A stretch of DNA of 39,752 nucleotides from Tortispora ganteri. Lineage: Eukaryota. Made by a program: the position numbers and the translations under genes. The notes under the pieces were generated by a model. It had not been told where the DNA came from and did no database searches. It worked only from the letters and a program-made list of their open reading frames with translations. Each line of letters opens with the position of its first letter. Within the stretch, counting starts at the first letter, position 1. Shown here in pieces: positions 8,978 to 18,099 of the stretch. The stretch lies in NCBI GenBank assembly GCA_003707115.1, contig PPNB01000012.1, positions 186,001-225,752 on the forward strand. Direction: 5' to 3'.

Positions 8978-9258
8978 TAAGACACTAGGGATACGAGAGA
9001 TGCGAAGCGAGTAGGGTCTGATGCGAAGAAGGAGTACGGACGAGCCTGAAACATATAAAAGGAAGGGACAGTGTACTAATGTTTTAGGGTGCTGTAAATG
9101 TAGCTATGGCGCCTATTTATAGCATAGAATATGCTGTTGGAGCAGATGGTCTTTGTTTTAGTATACCTGGATGGAAAGTTATGTCTGTAGCGTTAATTAT
9201 CCTTGGAGGTATAGTGGTGCCGGTATGCAAGTTCAACATAGCAACCGAGACACTAAAG

Positions 9259-9960
9259 ATGAATAATGACAACAAAGTACAGGAAAAGGAATCTAATAGT
9301 CACGCATTGGGTTCATTTGAGCCTGTTTCTCAGTGGCAAAAAGCCCCATCGCCTGAAAGGTCGCCTGAACGTTCACGGATGCGATTAGGGGAGATTTCGA
9401 ATGAGATCGGCACGCTGACACGTAGTATGAGCACGCGTAGCGCGTTAAACCGTAACGATCGAGAGAAAGGCTCATTATCACGGTCAGTTTCACCTGTGAA
9501 ATTATCATTTGTAGATGATACAGAAGAGACAGAGATTGACTTACTGTTGAAAACATTAGCGCGTCATCAGAGACGTGTTCTTGATCTTAGACAGCAACTA
9601 GAAGAAGCAGAACGAGCTTTAGAACTCACACAAACGAAAATTTACCATACAGTGCATTCAGATGAAGGAATTGAGTGTAGTGAGAGTCAGACGAAACACG
9701 AATTACGAAACGAAAAGGTTTCGCGGACGTCTAAGACACCGAAAGCACTTAAAGCTCCAAAATCTCCGTATATGAAGGCAGAATTTGCCGAGCAGATGGA
9801 TGAAGTAATTGAATTTGGAAAGAAAATGAAAGATGAGATAAATACACAGATATGGAGTTTTTATAATGATATAAAACATGCTGCGCTAGGCGAAGAAAGC
9901 AGACATGATAATGAAGCTGTGCGGACGCGACCAACTAAGAGCAAGAGTTCATGGCATTGA
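9259..9960 (+). CDS. DUF4048/Tda11-like coiled-coil protein
   Basis: 'LKTLARHQRRVLDLRQQLEEAE' and 'GKKMKDEINTQIWSFYNDIKHAALGEE' resemble the two conserved blocks I recall for fungal DUF4048 proteins. Start uncertain: in-frame ATGs at 9106, 9181 and 9259 (AAG ATG). Confidence 0.6.
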   Translation: MNNDNKVQEKESNSHALGSFEPVSQWQKAPSPERSPERSRMRLGEISNEIGTLTRSMSTRSALNRNDREKGSLSRSVSPVKLSFVDDTEETEIDLLLKTLARHQRRVLDLRQQLEEAERALELTQTKIYHTVHSDEGIECSESQTKHELRNEKVSRTSKTPKALKAPKSPYMKAEFAEQMDEVIEFGKKMKDEINTQIWSFYNDIKHAALGEESRHDNEAVRTRPTKSKSSWH

Positions 9961-10179
9961 ACACAACCGCAAAGCTGCGAAAATATTGTATGATATATTG
10001 ACACATTATATATATTAAGCATAAATGCTTTATATAAACCATTTGTTACAGTATATTTTGTGGATTTACTATTGTATACTATATAACCGTTACAACTGTA
10101 TGAACTTTAAATGAAGATTTCTTTCATACACCTAATAACCAGCGACATCCAAAAGAACTAACAGTAAAGAATAAAAAAG

Positions 10180-10746
10180 ATGAATTTGCCACCATTTTCG
10201 TCACCATCATCATCTTTTCCGCGTCCGCCATCGCAAACGTCTTTTTATGATATGACCCCCGAACAACAGGCTGAAGCGGGGGCTATGTATATGGCTCGAG
10301 TGATGCAGTCATGTCCAGCGAAAGCGGTTATGTCAGCAGGAGCAGGTTTTGCGCTTGGTGGTATTTTTGGTTTATTTATGAGTTCTATGTCATATGATTT
10401 GCCTGAATCATTTGGTGGCCGAAAAATGTCAGATCTGCCATTTAAACAACAGATGAAAATGCAATTCTCTGAAATGGCCAAGAAATCGTATTCTTCAGCA
10501 AAGAATTTTGGATATATTGGTATGATTTTTTCTGGAACAGAATGTTGTATTGAAAGTCTGCGTGCAAAAACAGACGTATGGAATGGCGTTTCAGCTGGTT
10601 GTTTGACTGGTGGCGGACTTGCAGTGAAAAGTGGACCTCAGGCAGCTTTAGCTGGCTGTGCAGCTTTTGCCGCATTCTCAGGTGCTATAGACTTATACTT
10701 ACGAAGAGACGCCAATCCGCCTCCAGAAAATGACTTCGACTCTTAA
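10180..10746 (+). CDS. TIM22: Mitochondrial inner membrane translocase Tim22
   Basis: '[27 protein letters not shown]', '[26 protein letters not shown]', '[22 protein letters not shown]'. Confidence 0.97.
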   Translation: MNLPPFSSPSSSFPRPPSQTSFYDMTPEQQAEAGAMYMARVMQSCPAKAVMSAGAGFALGGIFGLFMSSMSYDLPESFGGRKMSDLPFKQQMKMQFSEMAKKSYSSAKNFGYIGMIFSGTECCIESLRAKTDVWNGVSAGCLTGGGLAVKSGPQAALAGCAAFAAFSGAIDLYLRRDANPPPENDFDS

Positions 10747-10753
10747 ATATATT

Positions 10754-11818
10754 TTATAGAGAAGTCCTCACAAAAGGCGCAATAGCTTTCCTATTAGCCG
10801 AGGACTTTTGGTTCCACTTGTATATATTAGGTTGATCTGAATCAACCCAAGGTTCAAGATTGAATTCTTTCTTGAGTGCGATAACAAACTTGCTTAATTT
10901 TTCAGAACTGGTGGTAGTGCGAATATATAAACATAGCTGTCTGCATTGAATGTCTTTCTGATAGGAGCAAAGAACGAACGATAAGTCGAGGTTCTTCTCT
11001 GATGCATATTTTTTCCATTCTGTATCGAAGTCCTCATTTTGTTTTTTTGCATGTTCGTGTAACCATTTTAGTGATTTAACTGAGCTACTAAACCCCAATT
11101 TGAGCTTAGAATCAGATGTCCATTGCTTATAATCTCGTCGTAGCAGTTCTGATGTAGTGAAGCTACTGACGTTAGCCTTTTCAGAGTTTAGCACAGTGTA
11201 CCAACTAGCAGTATCAAAACCTTGTAATTTAGTTGTCCAATATTCAACTGCTTTTGTGTCATAATTGGTGACTCTATTCTGGAGGTTGCTGGTATCGATA
11301 AGGATTGGTGCGAGTGCTAGTTGAGCCAGCTGCTGCTGCGTTGCGGGGTCGATATACTCGTCAATAGCTTTAGAAATATACTTAGTAACTAAGGAGCAGC
11401 ATGAACCCGACTGATCAATAAGATATGGATCAAGTTGCATCTTAGTGATAATGTCGTTCTCTATGACATGGTGATCTATAATACCAGTTATATTGTCATT
11501 GTATACAGCGAGTGGACCAGTCAACTGATTGTGATCAACGAGGATCCATTTTGCAGACGATAAATCAGTTTTGTCATCGGCAAAGAGCATATTATCGATG
11601 GGGATATCGAGCTGTTTCATGATCAATACGATTTCTGGTCGGAGAGCGAGATCGGCACGTGGAATGTTAATAAAAGGTGTGGCTGGATGAGCGGATGTAG
11701 TTGAGTAAATGGAAAAAAGAACAGTTGAAGCAAATGAATCAATATCCATGGATTCATTACCCGTTACGAACAGTTTAGGGTATTTAGGTAATTTGGCGAG
11801 AATATTTCGGATCGACAT
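10754..11818 (-). CDS. PPX1: Exopolyphosphatase (DHH/DHHA2, Prune family)
   Basis: 'GNESMDIDS', 'LVDHN', 'IIDHH', 'GSCCSLV', 'ILIDTSNL', 'LRRDYKQW', 'NRKAIAP'. Confidence 0.9.
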   Translation of the reverse strand: MSIRNILAKLPKYPKLFVTGNESMDIDSFASTVLFSIYSTTSAHPATPFINIPRADLALRPEIVLIMKQLDIPIDNMLFADDKTDLSSAKWILVDHNQLTGPLAVYNDNITGIIDHHVIENDIITKMQLDPYLIDQSGSCCSLVTKYISKAIDEYIDPATQQQLAQLALAPILIDTSNLQNRVTNYDTKAVEYWTTKLQGFDTASWYTVLNSEKANVSSFTTSELLRRDYKQWTSDSKLKLGFSSSVKSLKWLHEHAKKQNEDFDTEWKKYASEKNLDLSFVLCSYQKDIQCRQLCLYIRTTTSSEKLSKFVIALKKEFNLEPWVDSDQPNIYKWNQKSSANRKAIAPFVRTSL

Positions 11819-11893
11819 GGCGGAGCAAGGTTAAAGTGTGAAAGTTTTGGAAAGAGACAAAAAAAGGATAAAAACAAAAGGCAGAGAGAGATA

Positions 11894-12493
11894 ATGGACC
11901 TTGAGCCAGAACAGATAGAAGAATTACAAACAAAAGAATATTGGGATAAGCGGTATAATGAAGTAGAAGAGTTTGACTGGTTTATGACATTTGACAAAAT
12001 AAAAGATGTACTAGAACTGATACCTAAGAATCATAAGATTTTGATGCTTGGATGTGGTAATAGTACGTTGTCGAAGGATATGTATGATCATGGATGGACG
12101 AATATTGTGAACATTGATTTTTCACCGAATGTAATAGATCAAATGAGTTCTAGATATCCAAAAATGGAATGGCTCGAAATGGATATCCGTGCAATGACAT
12201 TTACTGAGTCCAGCTTTGATTCGGCTATTGACAAAGGTACACTCGACGCGTTACTCTCATACAAAGGGTCCGTATGGCAACTACCAGCATCTGTCCAGCA
12301 CAATGTTGATCAATACATGGACGAAATACATCGTGTTCTTCGTCCAGGTGGAACTTTTCTTTATATATCATATAGACAGCCGCATTTCGCAAAACTCGCA
12401 ATTGATCGATCCTATTGGTCAATAAACCAATCGACAATCAAGGGACCTCCCGGGTCACTCGATTATTATTCCTATTTAATACATAATAGATGA
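11894..12493 (+). CDS. Class I SAM methyltransferase, EEF1AKMT4/METTL13-N-like
   Basis: 'EYWDKRY', 'FDWF', 'ILMLGCGNSTLS', 'NIDFS', 'MDIR', 'FDSAIDKGTLDAL', 'EIHRVLRPGGTF'. Confidence 0.85.
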   Translation: MDLEPEQIEELQTKEYWDKRYNEVEEFDWFMTFDKIKDVLELIPKNHKILMLGCGNSTLSKDMYDHGWTNIVNIDFSPNVIDQMSSRYPKMEWLEMDIRAMTFTESSFDSAIDKGTLDALLSYKGSVWQLPASVQHNVDQYMDEIHRVLRPGGTFLYISYRQPHFAKLAIDRSYWSINQSTIKGPPGSLDYYSYLIHNR

Positions 12494-12888
12494 TATAATG
12501 ACTTTCTTATAATCTTGCATGAACTTTTAATTATATAATAAAAGATTCACGTTTATTGATATTCAAGACTAAATCGCTCGTGCTGTGTAATAGTATGGGC
12601 TAATTGCTTAGTTAACATATCAACCTTGAAGCTCTATTAGCTGTTTCCATTCTCAATGTTACTTATTACTACTGGTTTTATATAAAATGATAATTCTAGT
12701 AGTAGAAGAATTTAAATAATTAGTGATCTCACTCTTATTTATTGTCTCTAATTATGAGATCGCAATATCAATGTCAATATTGGCCTAGCAACGGTGCATT
12801 TACATTCCTTCCCAAGTAATGAACCATTTCAGAATCAGTCTCTACTGAAATTGAGGATCAAGTCGATCTTGCATCGTTTGCATATAAA

Positions 12889-14076
12889 ATGACCATTTTA
12901 ATGAATTATTTGAAGATTTTGGCGCTAATTTTATGCCTCGCAATTGGCTTCTTTGAGATATATTCACGTGCACCTTCTTCCTTCAAAAAGTATACCTTTC
13001 AGACTCTGAAAACAGCCGGTAATGAGCTAAAAGAACATGTAGCGCATGACCCTTATAACCAGCTAGTAGATGTTCCTAGAGATTCAATACTTGTGTTTGA
13101 TCCAGCAGAAAGAAGAGCTAATGCAACAATCCTCTCTTTAGTCCGATCAAAGGAAGTTAAGGAACTAGTAATGACCATGAAAGAAGTCGAAGAGACTTTC
13201 AATCACAAATTCAACTACCCTTGGACTTTCCTCAATGATGAAGCGTTTACAGAAGAATTTAAAAAACTTACATCAGAAGCTACAAACTCAACTATATATT
13301 ATGAAACTATCCCTAAAGATCATTGGAACATGCCCGATTTTGTTAGCAAAGAAATAGCAATAGCAGCAGGCGAACGCATGTTACAACAAGGGGTCCAATA
13401 TGCAAATATGATGAGCTATCACAATATGTGCAGATGGAACTCTGGAATATTCTACCATCATCCACGTTTAAAGCAGTTCAAATACTACTGGCGTGTCGAA
13501 CCGAACACCCACTACTACTGTGATATAGAATACGACCTTTTCAGATACATGGAAGACAACGAAAAAACTTACGGTTTCACAATATCTCTTTATGATGACC
13601 CAAAATCAGTAAAAACACTATGGAATACCACCATGGACTTCCTCAGTGATCATTACCATTATTTGCATCCCCGAAGTGCTTTAGGCTATCTCCTAGACAA
13701 CTCCAGGCCAGATCATAATAAAATAGCAGGATACTCAACTAACCATTTCTGGTCAAATTTTGAGATCGGTGATATGGATTTCTTTCGTTCAGAACCTTAT
13801 ACGCAGTTCTTTAATGCTCTTGACCTAGCCGGCGGTTTCTACTACGAGAGATGGGGTGATGCACCTGTTCATACTATCGGTCTCGTCCTTTTTGAAGACA
13901 AACACAAAATACACTGGTTCAGAGACATTGGTTACCGCCATATTCCTTTTATTAATTGCCCTAACTCTCCTAAATGTAAGAATAGATGTCCTACTGGAGA
14001 TACATATGAGGGTGAAAAATTCTTGGCTGACGAGGTCTCGACGCCTATATGGTGGAAATATGCACACATGGATTAA
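12889..14076 (+). CDS. Alpha-1,2-mannosyltransferase, GT15 (KRE2/KTR family)
   Basis: Type II N-terminal TM; 'FNHKFNYPWTFLND', 'SYHNMCRWNSG', 'YYWRVEP', 'HFWSNFEIG', 'GGFYYERWGDAPVH'. Confidence 0.95.
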   Translation: MTILMNYLKILALILCLAIGFFEIYSRAPSSFKKYTFQTLKTAGNELKEHVAHDPYNQLVDVPRDSILVFDPAERRANATILSLVRSKEVKELVMTMKEVEETFNHKFNYPWTFLNDEAFTEEFKKLTSEATNSTIYYETIPKDHWNMPDFVSKEIAIAAGERMLQQGVQYANMMSYHNMCRWNSGIFYHHPRLKQFKYYWRVEPNTHYYCDIEYDLFRYMEDNEKTYGFTISLYDDPKSVKTLWNTTMDFLSDHYHYLHPRSALGYLLDNSRPDHNKIAGYSTNHFWSNFEIGDMDFFRSEPYTQFFNALDLAGGFYYERWGDAPVHTIGLVLFEDKHKIHWFRDIGYRHIPFINCPNSPKCKNRCPTGDTYEGEKFLADEVSTPIWWKYAHMD

Positions 14077-14120
14077 AACTGATATCAATAAAAAATATGC
14101 TATGCTATTGACGTATGTAC

Positions 14121-15479
14121 TCACTTCATGGCTTCAGGGTATCGTTTGCGCAGCCCATCGAGCCAACGGGCATACAGTAAACCGTCAATAGTATCACTTC
14201 GCGGCAACTGCGCATGTTCGCTATCCTCTTTACGGTGATACTGCTTATCGGACTCCCTCTCTTTGACCTTATGCGATTCGTTTTTCTTGTAAGACTCTGC
14301 AGCTTTAGAAACTGCTTTCTTCTCACGTTCGGAAAGATTGGTGTTGGTCATTATCTCGGCCAGAAATCTGTCGACTACCTTAGACCGACTTCGATGATGG
14401 TGTTCTGTAAATTTATTGCCATCTGGAATCTTCGCGTGATGTTTTGATGAATGTCTCGTTGATGGACTTTTTGCCGGTGTAACTGGCGATGATGCTTTAG
14501 ATGTTGCCTGCGTTGCAGATTCGCTAGTAGTGAAATCCCAGTCGTCATTTTTGTTCGTCTCGGTATCAATGGTTTTCTTGTGTACTGTCGGAACATAATA
14601 CTTGGGTTTAATGCGATCATTTCTTCTTGCCTGCCACTCGTCATATCGACTGATTAGACTTGTTAATTGCGAGACATCGTTAGAATTAGTGATAAACTTG
14701 TGCTTAAGTAATTGCTCGGCAGACGGTCTTTGTCTAGGATCTTTAACTAGACATTTCGCAACAAAATCTCGAAATTCAGAGGAAAATTGTGAATCATGCA
14801 ATCTAGGAGGACTCTGTTTAGGGATTAGAAATAGCACTTTCATGGGATGATACTCTGATAAAGGAGGTTCTCCCTGCGCTAGTTCCATTGCAGTGATACC
14901 TAAAGACCATATATCTGCTCGATTATTGTACCCTTTCTGCAAAATAACCTCAGGTGCCATCCAGAACGGAGTACCCACAAAAGTATTGCGTCTAGAGAGA
15001 TTATTTGACATTTGTGCAGCGACACCAAAATCGGCTAGTTTGACTTCACCTTTCAGCGACAGCAGCACATTAGCGGCCTTGATATCTCTGTGAATCTTAC
15101 CACGCGCATGCAGGTATACTAAACCTTCCAAAATACCTTTGCATATTAATCCTATTTGCAATTCCGTGAAAGGTCCAGGTTTCAGCAGATCGAAACAAGA
15201 ACCTCCACCCATATACTCCATTACAATCCAGAGTTTCGTTCCCTTTAGGAAACATCCATGGTATCTCGTAATTGAACTACTATTACATTCACTGAGAAGT
15301 AGAATCTCTTGTCTAATCTCTTCAATGCCCTCTTCACCTGATTCAAGATCGATCTGCTTTATCGCATACACTTCTTTCGTAACGCGATCGATCGCTTTGT
15401 ACACAACTCCAAAGCTACCCGATCCTAGCTGCTCCAGCAACTCGTAACGCTTTTCTGTCAGATCTTCAATTTCTTTCAT
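14121..15479 (-). CDS. STE20/GCK-family Ser/Thr kinase, Sid1/SepL-like
   Basis: 'LGSGSFGVVYKA', 'HRDIKAANVLL', 'DFGVAAQ', 'TFVGTPFWMAPEVI'; C-terminal 'LLYARWLDGLRKRY' resembles the tail of Sid1-type kinases. Kinase call is secure; orthology less so. Confidence 0.85.
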   Translation of the reverse strand: MKEIEDLTEKRYELLEQLGSGSFGVVYKAIDRVTKEVYAIKQIDLESGEEGIEEIRQEILLLSECNSSSITRYHGCFLKGTKLWIVMEYMGGGSCFDLLKPGPFTELQIGLICKGILEGLVYLHARGKIHRDIKAANVLLSLKGEVKLADFGVAAQMSNNLSRRNTFVGTPFWMAPEVILQKGYNNRADIWSLGITAMELAQGEPPLSEYHPMKVLFLIPKQSPPRLHDSQFSSEFRDFVAKCLVKDPRQRPSAEQLLKHKFITNSNDVSQLTSLISRYDEWQARRNDRIKPKYYVPTVHKKTIDTETNKNDDWDFTTSESATQATSKASSPVTPAKSPSTRHSSKHHAKIPDGNKFTEHHHRSRSKVVDRFLAEIMTNTNLSEREKKAVSKAAESYKKNESHKVKERESDKQYHRKEDSEHAQLPRSDTIDGLLYARWLDGLRKRYPEAMK

Positions 15480-15513
15480 AGGTTAACTTTACCTAGAAAA
15501 AATGCAATTTGTT

Positions 15514-15647
15514 TGTTTACTGTGTGACAAGTGCTCAGCTTAGCTCTCCGCTCAAGCCGGTTTTAGTATATGGAGGCTAAGTATGTGTGTTATTTATCTA
15601 GAAGCCTAAAATAGATAATGCGGCGAAATTTTTGTCGCTATAGCAAC
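15514..15647. promoter_or_regulatory. Forkhead site (TGTTTAC 15514-15520) and RFX X-box (GTCGCTATAGCAAC 15634-15647) in kinase/VPS1 divergent promoter
   Basis: Exact forkhead core; X-box 13/14 to palindrome GTTGCTATAGCAAC. Confidence 0.55.
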
Positions 15648-15929
15648 GTTACTGCATCTGATATACACACACACCCCAGCTCCTTTCTCACCCTCACGTC
15701 TCACACGCGGACTTAGCTGAGCCTCATTGTATTTGCCCTACAGCCCTACAAACCGCAAATTCTGCTGTTATATCTGTTGCTGGCACTCTATTTTTTGAAT
15801 ATACCTTTAAGTCTTTAGCTATTTCTTGCGTCCTGCAACTAGAGCCGCTTTACTATTCTATATCTCAACTTGTCCTTGCTTGCGTCCGTCTAAAGTCTCA
15901 TACCCACTTCGTCTTTTGCCCCTCAACAA

Positions 15930-17966
15930 ATGGACCATCAACTCATCGCTACCGTTAACAAGCTACAAGATGCATTTGCCACACTTGGACCGGCTTCTAA
16001 TCCTATAGACCTGCCTCAGATTACCGTCGTCGGTTCGCAATCTTCCGGCAAGAGTTCTGTACTGGAAAACATCGTCGGACGTGACTTCCTACCGCGCGGT
16101 ACTGGAATTGTCACTAGACGCCCTTTAGTTTTGCAGCTCATTAATCGAAGAGTCTCTAGCCCTGAAAATGAAGAAAAATCGAGAAAGGGTGAAACAAATG
16201 ATGACGAATGGGGCGAATTCCTTCATATTCCGGGTAAGAAGTTTCACGACTTCGATGAAATCCGCAAAGAGATTATTCGCGAAACTGATTCAAAAACCGG
16301 TCAAAATTTAGGCATTTCTCCTATCCCTATTAATTTGCGTATATATTCGCCTAACGTTTTGACCCTCACTTTAGTGGACTTGCCTGGTTTGACTAAGGTC
16401 CCCGTCGGCGACCAGCCTAAAGACATAGAGCGTCAAATTCGTGAAATGGTATTGAAATTTATCGGCAGAAGCAACGCTATTATTCTTGCTGTAACTGCCG
16501 CTAACACTGATCTTGCTAACTCTGACGGCCTAAAACTCGCTCGTGAAGTGGACCCCGAAGGTATCCGCACTATCGGTGTACTCACCAAAGTTGACCTCAT
16601 GGACGAAGGTACCGATGTTGTCGATATTCTAGCTGGTAGGATTATTCCTTTGCGCTACGGCTATGTACCTGTAATTAATAGAGGCCAGAAGGATATTGAA
16701 AACCGTCGTTCAATTGGCGATGCTCTTGCTAAAGAGCGCGAGTTCTTTGAGAACCATCCTTCTTACCGCAGCAAGGCCCAGTTTTGCGGTACTCCATTTT
16801 TGGCTCGCAAGCTTAACATGATTTTGATGCATCATATTAAGGGTACGTTGCCGGAAATTAAAGCCAAAATTTCTTCGACTTTGTCTAAATACCAGCAAGA
16901 GCTCGATCAGCTGGGCGGACTTCAAGCAAGCGAGAACCCTGCAAACGTAGTTTTGAACGTTATTACCGAGTTTTGCAATGAGTATCGTACTCTGCTTGAT
17001 GGTCGAAGCGAAGAAATTAGCTCCACCGAACTTGCTGGAGGTGCTAGGATATCTTTCGTTTTCCACGAAATATATTCTGGTGGAATAAAAGCTGTGGACC
17101 CATTTGATCAAATTAAAGATGCTGATATTCGAACTATTCTTTACAATTCATCTGGATCTTCACCTGCTCTTTTTGTTGGAACGGCTGCCTTTGAAGTAAT
17201 TGTGAAGCAACAGATCCATCGTTTCCAGGATCCTTCACTGAGGTGTGCCACATTGGTTTACGATGAACTTACGAAGATTTTGTACCAGATTCTCCAAAAG
17301 CCTATATACAAGCGATATCCTCAGCTGAAAGATCAATTGCACTCTGTTGTGATTAACTTTTTCAAAAGTTCAATGATACCTACTAATAAACTGGTCACAG
17401 ACATTGTTGCGATGGAATGTAATTACATTAATACAGCACATCCAGATTTTCTTACGGGTCATAGAGCGTTGGCTATTGTTTCCGAACGCCTGAATGCTAA
17501 CAAGCCCGTTCAGGTTGACCCGAAGACTGGTAAACCACTGCCAGCATCTCAGAACCAGAGTCCTGCTCCTTCCGATGACGGTAATTCTGGATTCTTTGGC
17601 AGTTTCTTTGCATCAAAAAACAAGAAGAAATTAGCTCAGATGGAGCCTCCACCTGCTGTTTTGAGAGCATCAGGAACTTTGTCAGAACGCGAATCTGTTG
17701 AGACAGATGTGATCAAGCTTTTGATTAACTCATACTTCAATATTGTGAAGCGCACTATGATTGATATGGTTCCGAAGGCTATTATGCTGAACCTCGTTTC
17801 ACACACTAGAGAGGAGATGCAGCGAGAGCTATTAGAGAAGCTGTACAAGAACATTTCTGACGATCTGTTAAAGGAGAGTGATTTTACTGTGCAAAGGCGT
17901 AAGGAGTGTGTGCGCATGGTGGAAAGTCTACAGAAGGCTGCTGAAGTTGTTGCTGAAGTGACCTAG
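15930..17966 (+). CDS. VPS1: Dynamin-like GTPase Vps1
   Basis: '[40 protein letters not shown]', '[14 protein letters not shown]', 'TKVD'; insert B '[12 protein letters not shown]...GFFGSFF' and GED typical of Vps1 rather than Dnm1. Confidence 0.97.
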   Translation: MDHQLIATVNKLQDAFATLGPASNPIDLPQITVVGSQSSGKSSVLENIVGRDFLPRGTGIVTRRPLVLQLINRRVSSPENEEKSRKGETNDDEWGEFLHIPGKKFHDFDEIRKEIIRETDSKTGQNLGISPIPINLRIYSPNVLTLTLVDLPGLTKVPVGDQPKDIERQIREMVLKFIGRSNAIILAVTAANTDLANSDGLKLAREVDPEGIRTIGVLTKVDLMDEGTDVVDILAGRIIPLRYGYVPVINRGQKDIENRRSIGDALAKEREFFENHPSYRSKAQFCGTPFLARKLNMILMHHIKGTLPEIKAKISSTLSKYQQELDQLGGLQASENPANVVLNVITEFCNEYRTLLDGRSEEISSTELAGGARISFVFHEIYSGGIKAVDPFDQIKDADIRTILYNSSGSSPALFVGTAAFEVIVKQQIHRFQDPSLRCATLVYDELTKILYQILQKPIYKRYPQLKDQLHSVVINFFKSSMIPTNKLVTDIVAMECNYINTAHPDFLTGHRALAIVSERLNANKPVQVDPKTGKPLPASQNQSPAPSDDGNSGFFGSFFASKNKKKLAQMEPPPAVLRASGTLSERESVETDVIKLLINSYFNIVKRTMIDMVPKAIMLNLVSHTREEMQRELLEKLYKNISDDLLKESDFTVQRRKECVRMVESLQKAAEVVAEVT

Positions 17967-18099
17967 AGTTCAGTAGTTGGTTAGTCGATTTGTTGTTTGT
18001 TTGTTTGCTTACTAAGCTTCGTTTTTTATTAGACAATCTTAAGCTTTAAGGAAATATAAAATAGTATATAAGAAAATGCTAGTCATGTATGTGCTAGTG

